DNA from: Alphaproteobacteria bacterium
Lineage (GTDB): Bacteria > Pseudomonadota > Alphaproteobacteria > Rhodospirillales > 2-02-FULL-58-16
Length of the DNA: 43,061 nt
NCBI GenBank assembly: GCA_024278615.1
Contig: JAJRSS010000006.1
Coordinates: 1 to 43,061 of the forward strand
Direction of reading: 5' to 3'
Shown in pieces: positions 28,274 through 37,232 of the stretch. Under the pieces are notes generated by a model. It had not been told where the DNA came from, made no database searches, and saw only the letters and a program-made list of their open reading frames with translations. Within the stretch, counting starts at the first letter, position 1. Each line of letters begins with the position of its first letter. The position numbers were made by a program, and so were the translations under genes.

Positions 28274-29404
28274 ATGAACAAGGGGATTGCGGTGGTAGAA
28301 ATGACCGCCGGCGCAGGCATCGATGGGCGAAAGCCCTATTTGCGCATCAATAACGTAACGAAGAAATTTGGCGATTTCGTTGCCCTGAACAGAGTATCCC
28401 TGGATGTCTACGAGGGTGAATTTGTCTGCTTCCTGGGGCCGTCCGGATGTGGCAAGACCACCCTGCTTCGGGCCATTGCCGGACTGGACATTCAGACATC
28501 GGGCACCATTGAACAGGCGGGAAAGGATATTTCCGACCTGCCCGCATCCGAGCGGGATTTTGGTATTGTTTTTCAGTCCTATGCGTTGTTTCCCAATCTG
28601 ACCGTCAACCGCAACGTCGCCTACGGCCTGGAAAATCGCAAGGTGTCCAAAGCGGACATTACCGCCCGGGTGGAAGAACTCCTCAATCTCGTGGGCATGC
28701 CGGAACAGGGACAAAAATATCCGGCTCAACTTTCCGGCGGACAGCAGCAACGTGTCGCCCTGGCACGGGCCCTGGCTACCTCGCCTGGCCTCTTGCTGCT
28801 GGATGAACCGCTGAGTGCCCTGGATGCCAAGGTACGCGTCCGCCTTCGCCACGAGGTCAAGCACCTTCAGCACAAGCTGGATGTCACCACCATCATGGTG
28901 ACGCACGATCAGGAGGAAGCCCTAACCATGGCCGACCGCATCGTGGTCATGAACCAGGGTGTGATCGAACAGGTAGGAACACCCCTGGAAATCTACCGCA
29001 GGCCAGGCAGCCCGTTCGTGGCAGACTTCGTCGGCACCATGAACTTCCTGGCGGCAACGGCCATAGGTAACGGAAAGGTGCGCATGGGAAACATCGAACT
29101 GTCCGCAGGGAACGACGGCGCCAACATTGGGGAAGGTACTCCGGTGACGCTTTGTGTCCGGCCCGAAGATGTGATGACCCGAAACGTGGAAGCAGACACC
29201 CCCAACGCGTTTGAAGTGACCGTTCAGGACATGGAGTTCCTGGGTTCGTTTTACCGCGCCGATATTTCACCCCGGGATGACGAGAAGACCGTTTTTCTGG
29301 CGGACCTGTCGATCAATCTGGTCCGTGACAAGAACATCATCAAGGGTATGAACCTGCCCGTCGCCTTTCCGGAAAGCCGAATCCGGGTTTTTTCACAGAC
29401 ATAG
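28274..29404 (+). CDS. aepV: AEP ABC transporter ATPase (AepV/PhnT2 type) with TOBE domain
   Basis: 'GPSGCGKT', 'FQSYALFP', 'LSGGQQQRVALARALATSPGLLLLDEP'. Start 28274 or 28301. Confidence 0.85.
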   Translation: MNKGIAVVEMTAGAGIDGRKPYLRINNVTKKFGDFVALNRVSLDVYEGEFVCFLGPSGCGKTTLLRAIAGLDIQTSGTIEQAGKDISDLPASERDFGIVFQSYALFPNLTVNRNVAYGLENRKVSKADITARVEELLNLVGMPEQGQKYPAQLSGGQQQRVALARALATSPGLLLLDEPLSALDAKVRVRLRHEVKHLQHKLDVTTIMVTHDQEEALTMADRIVVMNQGVIEQVGTPLEIYRRPGSPFVADFVGTMNFLAATAIGNGKVRMGNIELSAGNDGANIGEGTPVTLCVRPEDVMTRNVEADTPNAFEVTVQDMEFLGSFYRADISPRDDEKTVFLADLSINLVRDKNIIKGMNLPVAFPESRIRVFSQT

Positions 29405-29418
29405 AATAGAGGCTGACC

Positions 29419-31119
29419 GTGACGACCGCCGCCGCCATCCCGTTGCCGGAAATAAAACCGAAGCTGAGCGGCGACGACCGCATCATGCGCGGATTTATCC
29501 TGCTAGTCGGTGTGTGGATGGTGATTGCAGTCCTGTTACCCCTTTACTTCATGCTGTCGAAAAGCTTCGAAGACAACGACGGTAATTTCATAGGTCTCCT
29601 TAACTACGCCGAATACTTTTCCACTCCGGCGTTGTTCTATTCTATTGAAAACAGTTTTTTCATTGCCGTCGTTTCCACGGTAATCACGATCACCCTGGCA
29701 TTCATCTATGCCTATGCCTTGACCCGAAGCCTGATGCCTTTCAGGGGTGCCTTCAAGGTCATCGCCATGATCCCGTTGCTGGCACCTTCCCTGTTGCCGG
29801 CCATTTCTTTTGTTTACTTCTTCGGCAACCAGGGGGTGATCAAGGGTGTGCTAATGGGGGAAACCATTTATGGCCCCATCGGTATCATCATGGGGGAGGT
29901 GTTCTACACTCTGCCCCATGCCTTGATGATCCTGGTCACGGCGCTGAGTACGGCCGACGGCCGCCTTTACGAAGCGGCTATCAGCCTTCGCGCCGGCAAA
30001 ATCAAAACCTTTTTTACCGTCACCCTGCCCGGCATAAAATACGGGTTGATCAGCGCCATTTTTGTCGTCTTTACCCTGGTCATCACCGATTTCGGCATCC
30101 CCAAGGTGATTGGTGGCCAATTCAACGTGCTGGCGACAGACATCTATAAACAGGTCATCGGTCAACAGAATTTCGAGATGGGAGCGGTGGTCAGCGTCGT
30201 CCTGCTGATCCCGGCCATCGCCGCCTTCTTGGTCGACCGAATCGTCCAGCGCAAGCAGGTGGCTTTGCTCACTGCCCGCGCCGTGCCCCTGGAACCCAAG
30301 AAAAGCCGAGGGTTCGATACGGCCATGGGAATTTATTGTGCGACCATCGCCTTTGTGATCCTGGCCATAATAGGCATGGCAATCTATGCTTCCCTCGTCA
30401 CCTTCTGGCCCTACAACCTGACACTGGGCTTCACCAATTATGACTTCGATGTCATGGATGGCGGCGGCTGGGAATCCTTCGGTAATTCACTCAGGATGGC
30501 CGCCTATACAGCGGTGTTCGGCACGGCGATCATCTTTACCGGTGCCTACATGGTCGAAAAGACCAAGGGTTTCGCCCTAGCCCGGGGGGCAATTCAGTTC
30601 CTGTGTATCCTGCCCATGGCAGTTCCGGGCATGGTGCTGGGCTTGGCCTACATCTTTTTCTTCAATCACCCGGATAATCCGCTGGGGATGATTTATGGGA
30701 CCATGGTTATCCTGGTAGTGGTCACCATCAGCCACTTCTATACGGTCAGCCACCTGACGGCGCTGACGGCGCTGAAGCAGATGGACCCGGAATTCGAAGC
30801 GGTGTCCGCGTCCCTCAAGGTTCCCTTTTTCCGCACTTTCCTTAGAGTTACGGTTCCCGTCTGCCTGCCGGCCATCCTTGATATTTCCATCTATCTGTTC
30901 GTCAACGCCATGACCACGGTTTCGGCAGTGATTTTCCTGTATTCATCGGATACCAACCTGGCCTCGGTGGCGGCCCTGAACATGGACGACGCGGGCGACG
31001 TAGCACCCGCCGCGGCCATGTCCGTGATGATCGTGTTGGCTTCGGCGACGGTACGAATCCTCCATGCAATCCTTACCCGGGGCCTGGCCCGCCGCCTGCA
31101 AGCATGGCGAAAGCGCTGA
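29419..31119 (+). CDS. aepW: AEP ABC transporter fused double permease (AepW/PhnU2 type)
   Basis: Two permease repeats; 'LLAPSLLPAIS', 'TDFGIPKVIGG', 'NAMTTVSAVIFL', C-terminal 'QAWR'. Confidence 0.85.
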   Translation: MTTAAAIPLPEIKPKLSGDDRIMRGFILLVGVWMVIAVLLPLYFMLSKSFEDNDGNFIGLLNYAEYFSTPALFYSIENSFFIAVVSTVITITLAFIYAYALTRSLMPFRGAFKVIAMIPLLAPSLLPAISFVYFFGNQGVIKGVLMGETIYGPIGIIMGEVFYTLPHALMILVTALSTADGRLYEAAISLRAGKIKTFFTVTLPGIKYGLISAIFVVFTLVITDFGIPKVIGGQFNVLATDIYKQVIGQQNFEMGAVVSVVLLIPAIAAFLVDRIVQRKQVALLTARAVPLEPKKSRGFDTAMGIYCATIAFVILAIIGMAIYASLVTFWPYNLTLGFTNYDFDVMDGGGWESFGNSLRMAAYTAVFGTAIIFTGAYMVEKTKGFALARGAIQFLCILPMAVPGMVLGLAYIFFFNHPDNPLGMIYGTMVILVVVTISHFYTVSHLTALTALKQMDPEFEAVSASLKVPFFRTFLRVTVPVCLPAILDISIYLFVNAMTTVSAVIFLYSSDTNLASVAALNMDDAGDVAPAAAMSVMIVLASATVRILHAILTRGLARRLQAWRKR

Positions 31120-31235
31120 CAAACCCAACCGGACCGGCGAACCAGGTCAAATCCAATCTGGACTTTCTCCGCCCTGCCCTTACAGTTCGGCTATACCCGT
31201 AGCCCACCCGATCCGGATAACGGAGTACCGCCGAT

Positions 31236-32753
31236 ATGATTCCTTCCTTCGCCAAGCTGCTGACCGGCGATCAGGTGGCGCGCATAGCCGGGGCGTCCAT
31301 GGAAATCCTGGCGGACACGGGCCTTCTGGTGCGCAACGAAAAAGCCCGGAAGCTTTTCGCAAAGCATGGGGGCAAGGTTGATTCCCATAACCAGATGGTC
31401 AAGCTGCCCCGGCCGGTGGTAGAGGAGTTCATGGCCGCCGTGCCACCCACCTTCACCTTTCGGGGCCGCGACCCCCGCTTCGACCGCACCCTTCCCGGCG
31501 AAGGCCCCCTGTTCGCCACAGCCAGTTCCGCCCCCAACGTGATCGACCCGGTGAGCGGCGAAGAGCGGCGGGCGACCTCGGAAGATATCGCCCGCATGGC
31601 CCACCTGATCGACGCCCTGCCCGGTTACGACGTATTTTCCGTCGCCACCCTGGCCGATGACGCGCCGCCGGGCATGTACAGCTTGTCGCGTTTTTATCCG
31701 GCGCTGAAAAACTGCCGTAAGCCCATCCGGGCGTCCCTGCTGAGCCCAAAGGAAGCCGATGAAATGGTCCGCCTGCTGGGTATTATCGCCGGCGGCGAAG
31801 AGGCCTTTTGGGAGCGGCCCTTCATTACCTTCGGCTTCTGCGCGGTCATATCGCCGCTGACCATGGATTACGACGCCACCGAGATGCTGATGTATTACGC
31901 CGAAAAGGGCATCCCCAATCACTCCATCACGGTGCCCAACGGGGGCTTGAGTTCACCCTTCACCCTGGCGGCGACCACGGCCCAGGGCAACGCCGAATTC
32001 CTGGCCGCCACGGTTTTGACCCAGATGGCCAAACCAGGGACGGAAGTACTGTATTCCGTGCTGCCGACCATGACCGACATGCGTACCGGCGCCTATGCTG
32101 CCGGAGCCGTGGAAACGGGCATGCTGGACATGGCGGTGGCCCAGATGGCGGCCTATCACAACGTTGCCTGTGGCGGTTACATCGGGCAAACCAATTCCAA
32201 GATCAGCGACGCCCAGGCCGGGTACGAAAAAGCCATGTCTTCGACTATGGGCGTGCTGGCCGGGTTCGATTTCCTTCAGGTGGGCGGCCTTGTGGACACC
32301 CTCATGGCTTTCGATTTCGGCCAAGCGGTGATTGATAACGAAATTGCCATGATGCTCAAGCGGTTGACCCAGGGCATGGAATTCAGCGAGGAAAGCCTGG
32401 CCCTCGACATCATCAAGGAAGTGGGGCCGGCGGGCATGTTCGTCGATCACCCACATACCTTCGAGCGCATGAAAACCGCCACCTACCTGCCCCAAGTGGC
32501 CGACCGCACCCCCCGCCAGACCTGGAAGGAACTGGGTTCCACGGATATCCACGACCGAGGCCTGTGGCGGGCGCGCGAGATCCTGACGGCCAACAACGAC
32601 GCGGTATTTTCGTCCGCTGTGGACGCCCGAATCAGGGCCACCTTCGACGGGCTGGTCGCCGGCGATTCCCTGCCGCCAGAAGGCTGGACAGCCCCCGGAC
32701 TGGCCCCCCGGCGGCGCCAAAGGACCGGCCGGCGGCGTGCCCCTCGCCGCTAA
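31236..32753 (+). CDS. Non-pyrrolysine trimethylamine methyltransferase (MttB) superfamily protein
   Basis: 'SMEILADTG', 'P.TFTFRGRDP', 'ISPL', 'GNAEFLA', 'DMRTG', 'SKISDAQAGYEK', 'VIDNEI', 'IIKEVGPAG..HPHT'; no in-frame TAG. Confidence 0.92.
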   Translation: MIPSFAKLLTGDQVARIAGASMEILADTGLLVRNEKARKLFAKHGGKVDSHNQMVKLPRPVVEEFMAAVPPTFTFRGRDPRFDRTLPGEGPLFATASSAPNVIDPVSGEERRATSEDIARMAHLIDALPGYDVFSVATLADDAPPGMYSLSRFYPALKNCRKPIRASLLSPKEADEMVRLLGIIAGGEEAFWERPFITFGFCAVISPLTMDYDATEMLMYYAEKGIPNHSITVPNGGLSSPFTLAATTAQGNAEFLAATVLTQMAKPGTEVLYSVLPTMTDMRTGAYAAGAVETGMLDMAVAQMAAYHNVACGGYIGQTNSKISDAQAGYEKAMSSTMGVLAGFDFLQVGGLVDTLMAFDFGQAVIDNEIAMMLKRLTQGMEFSEESLALDIIKEVGPAGMFVDHPHTFERMKTATYLPQVADRTPRQTWKELGSTDIHDRGLWRAREILTANNDAVFSSAVDARIRATFDGLVAGDSLPPEGWTAPGLAPRRRQRTGRRRAPRR

Positions 32754-32821
32754 CCCTTTACACAATAACGACTAATTTTCTGCTCTTCCCTGTGGGGTTT
32801 TTTTTCGAGAGCAGTGTTGAT

Positions 32822-32836
32822 TTTTGTGGACTTATG
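32822..32836 (+). promoter_or_regulatory. Second copy of the candidate operator, upstream of phnW
   Basis: TTTTGTGGACTTATG versus TTTTGTGGTGCTTATG at 26870-85 (minus strand). Confidence 0.45.
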
Positions 32837-32894
32837 ACCGTTTATGCCCGATATTGCGCGCCGACGAAAGCCACTTGCCCCAAGGTCGCCAGCC

Positions 32895-34040
32895 ATGAGC
32901 AACACCCGAAAAGACCCCTCGCCGAAGGATCCTTGGCTGCTGACCCCCGGCCCGCTGACCACCACGGCGGCGACCAAGGAAGCCATGCTCCATGACTGGG
33001 GCTCGCGGGATACCGCTTTCATCGAGACCAACGCCCGTGTCCTTAACCGCCTGTTGGCCATCGCCGGAGCCAGCGAGACCCACGTCTGCGTGCCCATGCA
33101 AGGCAGCGGCACTTTCGCCGTGGAAGCCACCCTGGGGACGTTGATCCCGCGGGACGGCAAGGCGCTGATCCTGATCAACGGCGCCTACGGCAAGCGCATG
33201 GTCCGCATTCTCGACTATATGGGCCGCGCCCACGTCATTCTGGAAACGCCGGAGGACACGCCCCCCGACCCGGCGGAACTTGACCGCATGCTGGCCGCCG
33301 ATACGGCCATCACCCATGTGGCCGCCGTCCATTGCGAAACCACGTCGGGAATCCTCAACCCGATCGCCGAAATCGCCCGCATCGCCGCCAAGCACGGGCG
33401 CAGCCTGTTGATCGACGCCATGAGCGCCTTCGGCGCTATTGCCCTGGACGCCCGGGAAATTCCCTTCGACGCCCTGATGGCGTCTTCCAACAAGTGCCTG
33501 GAGGGCGTGCCCGGCATGGGCTACGCCATCATCCGCAAGTCGGTGCTGGAAACCTGCGAGGGCAACGCCCATTCCCTGAGCCTGGACTTGTATGACCAGT
33601 GGGTGGCTATGGAAAAAACCAGCCAATGGCGCTTCACCCCGCCGATCCACGTGATCGTCGCCTTCGATGCGGCACTGGAACAGTTCGAAGCCGAAGGCGG
33701 CGTCGCCGGGCGCAACGCCCGCTACGCCAACAATTGCCGGATCCTGATGGAAGGCATGCGGGCGCTGGGTTTCCGGGCCCTGCTCTCCGGCAACCTGCAG
33801 GCGCCGATCATCGTCACCTTCCACCTGCCCGCCGATCCCCGTTTCGTTTTTGAGATCTTCTACAATTCCCTCAGGGACCGGGGCTATGTCATCTATCCGG
33901 GCAAGCTGACCGTGGCGGACAGTTTCCGCATCGGCTGTATCGGCAACCTGGGCGAAAACGAAATGCGTGGCGCGCTAAGCGCCATTAGCGAAGTGATCAC
34001 CGAAATGGGTGTGAAAACCGGCGCGCCGGCCGCCGCCTGA
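32895..34040 (+). CDS. phnW: 2-aminoethylphosphonate:pyruvate transaminase
   Basis: 'LLTPGPLTT', 'QGSGTFAVE', 'HCETTSG', 'DAMSAFG', PLP Lys in 'SSNKCLEGVPG', 'WRFTPP', 'IYPGKLT'. Confidence 0.96.
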   Translation: MSNTRKDPSPKDPWLLTPGPLTTTAATKEAMLHDWGSRDTAFIETNARVLNRLLAIAGASETHVCVPMQGSGTFAVEATLGTLIPRDGKALILINGAYGKRMVRILDYMGRAHVILETPEDTPPDPAELDRMLAADTAITHVAAVHCETTSGILNPIAEIARIAAKHGRSLLIDAMSAFGAIALDAREIPFDALMASSNKCLEGVPGMGYAIIRKSVLETCEGNAHSLSLDLYDQWVAMEKTSQWRFTPPIHVIVAFDAALEQFEAEGGVAGRNARYANNCRILMEGMRALGFRALLSGNLQAPIIVTFHLPADPRFVFEIFYNSLRDRGYVIYPGKLTVADSFRIGCIGNLGENEMRGALSAISEVITEMGVKTGAPAAA

Positions 34041-34086
34041 GGCGGATCATCCGGCGGCTATTCCACGAAACACAATGGAGGCCGAG

Positions 34087-34935
34087 ATGGGCTTGAGAAC
34101 CGATTACGTCTATTCACGCAGCTATACGGGCAAGGTCAAGGCGGTGATCCTGGATTGGAGCGGCACCACGGCGGACGCCTACGTCATCGCCCCGGCGGTG
34201 GTCTTTGTCGAAGTGTTCAAGACCCAGGGCGTGGACATATCCATGCTGGAAGCCCGTGGCCCCATGGGCCTCAGGAAGGACCTGCACATCAAGGCCCTGA
34301 CCGAGGACCCGGATATCCGCGACCGGTGGAAAGGGGTTCATGGCAAGAACCCGGACCAGGGCGACGTTGACCGCATGTTCGCCGATTTCGTCCCCAAGCA
34401 GTTGGACTGCTTGAAGAAATACACCACCCTGCTGCCCGGCGTCGCCGAGACCACCCAGAAGATTCAAAAAGACGGCGTCAAGATCGGCAGCACCACGGGC
34501 TTCGTCCGTTCCATGGTCGATATCCTGGAAGCCGATGCCAAGAAGCAGGGCTACACGCCGGATGCGTCCGTCGCCGGCGACGATGTTGTCCATGGCGCCC
34601 GGCCCAAGCCGTTCATGGTCTACAAGAACCTGGACCTGCTGGACGTGCATCCCATCCAGTCGGTAATCAAGGTGGACGACACCATTTCCGGCGTTGGCGA
34701 GGCTCTGGAAGCCGGCTGCTGGGGTGTCGGCATAGTCAAGTACAGCAACTACATGAACATCAATACCCTGGAAGAAGCGGATGCGTTGCCCCAGGCGGAA
34801 ATCGAGCGGCGCCAAGCCTTCACCCGGGAAACCCTACAAAAGGCCGGTGCCCACTACGTGATCGACGAGTTCCCCCAACTGCTGAAAGTGATCAAGGACA
34901 TCAACCGGCGGCTGGCCTCGGGTGAAAAGCCCTAG
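34087..34935 (+). CDS. phnX: Phosphonoacetaldehyde hydrolase (phosphonatase)
   Basis: HAD motif 'LDWSGTTAD', Schiff-base Lys loop 'RGPMGLRKDLHI', 'RPKP', 'KVDDT'; GGAGG RBS before ATG 34087. Confidence 0.94.
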   Translation: MGLRTDYVYSRSYTGKVKAVILDWSGTTADAYVIAPAVVFVEVFKTQGVDISMLEARGPMGLRKDLHIKALTEDPDIRDRWKGVHGKNPDQGDVDRMFADFVPKQLDCLKKYTTLLPGVAETTQKIQKDGVKIGSTTGFVRSMVDILEADAKKQGYTPDASVAGDDVVHGARPKPFMVYKNLDLLDVHPIQSVIKVDDTISGVGEALEAGCWGVGIVKYSNYMNINTLEEADALPQAEIERRQAFTRETLQKAGAHYVIDEFPQLLKVIKDINRRLASGEKP

Positions 34936-34958
34936 GGTTGGGTAAGGGTTCGGCTTAC

Positions 34959-35012
34959 AGCGGTCAGCATTCAGCCTTTAGCTCAAATTCCGCTACCTGA
35001 ATGCTGACCGCT
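34959..35012. repeat. 16-bp perfect inverted repeat built from 7-mer units (REP-like)
   Basis: AGCGGTCAGCATTCAG-N22-CTGAATGCTGACCGCT. Confidence 0.8.
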
Positions 35013-35467
35013 TGAAAAGCGGCGCTAAATGCACGATCAGGGGGGGGGTGAAAGGCCGCCATCCCCCCCCCGGTCAAAATAGGAAATTCGCCCGTAACCC
35101 ATGATTCAATGGAAAACAGGTTGAATCCACGTAGGAGAATATAGGCATTTTCCTTCATTTCGGGGCTTGAGGGCACCCGAAATATTGGCTTTTGTTAACC
35201 GGCGGTCGTTGGCCTGATGGTTTCGAACGGCCAGCTTTTCTGCCCTTTCAAGAAGTTCCCCCTTTTCGGTATAACGGCCAAACGGCGGTGAAATCACTGC
35301 TGCCTGAGGTTTAAATACTGTATCCTTTTAACTCCCTGTCTCCCAAGCTCCCCCTTAGCGCAAGAGCGTGGCTTTATTCTCCTGCTTAGCTTATTCCGAT
35401 AACGCCTTGAAACTATATTGTTTATAGCCATTAAACCTACCGTTGCCGGGGGCCGTCTCTATTCGTC

Positions 35468-35496
35468 TTGACTATAGAATATATTTTAGATATTTT
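35468..35496 (+). promoter_or_regulatory. Candidate promoter of the corrinoid module with an overlapping AT-rich palindrome
   Basis: TTGACT-N17-TATTTT; near-palindrome TAGAATATATTTTA (35475-88) lies in the spacer. Confidence 0.5.
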
Positions 35497-35543
35497 GTGT
35501 ATATAGCATTCAAACCCATCCGGGAAACCTGATTGGGGGAACG

Positions 35544-36155
35544 ATGGAAACCTTCACGCCACAGGAAATCACCATCGCCGTGGAGCCCTTGCTGCGCATC
35601 CAGGGCTACCGCGATTTGGACAAGGTACGCGCGCCGATCAAAAAGGTGGCCGCCAAAATGGCTGCCCGAGCCCAGCAACTGGCGGAGCCCATTGCCGTTT
35701 ACCGTAAGGTGCCGATCAAATCCGTAGATGGTAATTCGGTGACCCTGGGCGCCGGCACCGTATTTCACAGTGAGGAATTCCCCAGGTTTCTGACCGGGTG
35801 CGGCGAAGTGGTGGTCTTTGTACTGACCATCGGCACCGCTTTCGATGCGGAAGTCCAGGCACTCATCGAAGAAGACAAGATCCTTGAGTTGCTGTTTTTT
35901 GAAAACGCCGGCTGGATCGGAGTGGAAAGCGCCACCAAGACTTTTTCCCGCCACCTTCAGGCCATGGCCCGCCAACAGGGCTGCCAACTGACCCGCCGCC
36001 TGGCCCCTGGGTACCAGAACTGGCGCCTGGAGGAACAAGCGAACTTTTTCAGCCTGTTTGAAACCGGCGCCCTTCCCGTCCGCCTTCTCGAAAGTTGCGC
36101 CATGCTTCCCAAAATGTCCCGTTCCGGGCTTTACGGATTGAAACCATCATTATAG
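35544..36155 (+). CDS. Stand-alone B12-dependent methionine synthase activation-domain-like protein
   Basis: 'VFVLTIG', 'RRLAPGYQNW..EEQ', 'SCAMLPKMSRSGLYG' resemble the MetH C-terminal reactivation domain. Confidence 0.8.
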   Translation: METFTPQEITIAVEPLLRIQGYRDLDKVRAPIKKVAAKMAARAQQLAEPIAVYRKVPIKSVDGNSVTLGAGTVFHSEEFPRFLTGCGEVVVFVLTIGTAFDAEVQALIEEDKILELLFFENAGWIGVESATKTFSRHLQAMARQQGCQLTRRLAPGYQNWRLEEQANFFSLFETGALPVRLLESCAMLPKMSRSGLYGLKPSL

Positions 36156-36214
36156 CAAAACCTGACATCCAACGGCCCGGCGGTATCCGGGTACAACTTC
36201 ACTAGGGGGCGACC

Positions 36215-37189
36215 ATGACCATTGGCTCACACGGCCTGATTATCATCGGCGAGAACTTCAATACTACCCGCAAGATCCGCGGCACCAGTCCGCGCGTAGT
36301 GCGCGAGGGGGACAAGCAGGGCCTGTCCTATACGGACCTGGACGGCACGGTGCGAATCCTGGACATCCCCGACCCCCTGCCCGAGGATCCGGGCGAACTG
36401 AAGACCACCATGATCCCCCATATCGGCTTGGCCCTGCGCAACAAGGACATGGACTACATCCGCTGGGCGATCATGGCCCAGGTGGAAGCCGGCGCCCATA
36501 TCATCGATATCTGCGTCGATGAAATGTCTCACTACCCGGAGGAACGGGCCGACTGGATGCGCTGGACCGTCGAAGCCGTGCAGAAAATGACCGACGTGGC
36601 GCTGGCCATCGATTCCTCGGACCCGCAAACGGTAAAGGCGGGGCTGGAGGTCTATGACACCTCGAAAAGCCGGCCGGCGATCAATTCCGTCAACCTTGAA
36701 GAAAACCGCCTGCCGCTGATTCCCATGGCTAAGGAAATGAATGCCTACCTGTTCGCCAACGCCGGAGGGTCATCGGGTATGCCGCAAAATGCCCAAGACC
36801 GGGTGGACAACCTTGAGCAACTGATGAAGATGATGGATGACGCCGATGTCCCCATGGAAGACCGCTTCCTCGACCCCCTGGTTTTTCCCATCGGCGCCGG
36901 TCCCGACTTCGGCTTGCACTACCTGGACGCGGTAAAGACGCTGCGCCAACGGTATCCGGAGGTGCATATCTTCGGCGGCCATAGCAATACTTCCTTCGGC
37001 CTGCCGGGCCGCAAGGGACTCAATAACGCGTTCATCGTCCTTTCCATGTTGGCCGGGTGCGATACCCTGATGATCGACCCGATCATGAACCCGCCGGCGG
37101 AACTGATCGAATTTCGCATGGCCGCCGACGCGCAGACCGGCAAGGACGAATTCGCCATGAAGTATCTCAAGTACTGGCGGGCGAAATAG
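36215..37189 (+). CDS. Pterin-binding corrinoid:tetrahydrofolate methyltransferase (AcsE/MetH folate-domain type, MT2)
   Basis: 'IIIGENFN', 'QVEAGAHIIDI', 'IDSSD', 'INSVNLE', 'DPLVFPIG', 'GGHSNTSFGLP'. Confidence 0.9.
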   Translation: MTIGSHGLIIIGENFNTTRKIRGTSPRVVREGDKQGLSYTDLDGTVRILDIPDPLPEDPGELKTTMIPHIGLALRNKDMDYIRWAIMAQVEAGAHIIDICVDEMSHYPEERADWMRWTVEAVQKMTDVALAIDSSDPQTVKAGLEVYDTSKSRPAINSVNLEENRLPLIPMAKEMNAYLFANAGGSSGMPQNAQDRVDNLEQLMKMMDDADVPMEDRFLDPLVFPIGAGPDFGLHYLDAVKTLRQRYPEVHIFGGHSNTSFGLPGRKGLNNAFIVLSMLAGCDTLMIDPIMNPPAELIEFRMAADAQTGKDEFAMKYLKYWRAK

Positions 37190-37232
37190 CCGTGGTTCTC
37201 CGAATTGAAACCGCAATAAGTGGGAGGAAAAT

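Noticed and set aside
31236-32753. Pyrrolysine-containing trimethylamine methyltransferase
   Set aside because: No in-frame TAG, the equivalent residue is Gln, and no pyl genes are visible.
35075-35310. Cobalamin riboswitch upstream of the corrinoid genes
   Set aside because: Fragments such as AATAGGAAA and GGTGAAATC occur, but not in the required order or spacing, and no B12-box is recognisable.
36215-37189. Dihydropteroate synthase (folP)
   Set aside because: Has MT2/MetH-type 'IGE..N' and 'SN.SFGLP' motifs rather than DHPS 'TPDSFSDGG' and 'SRK'.
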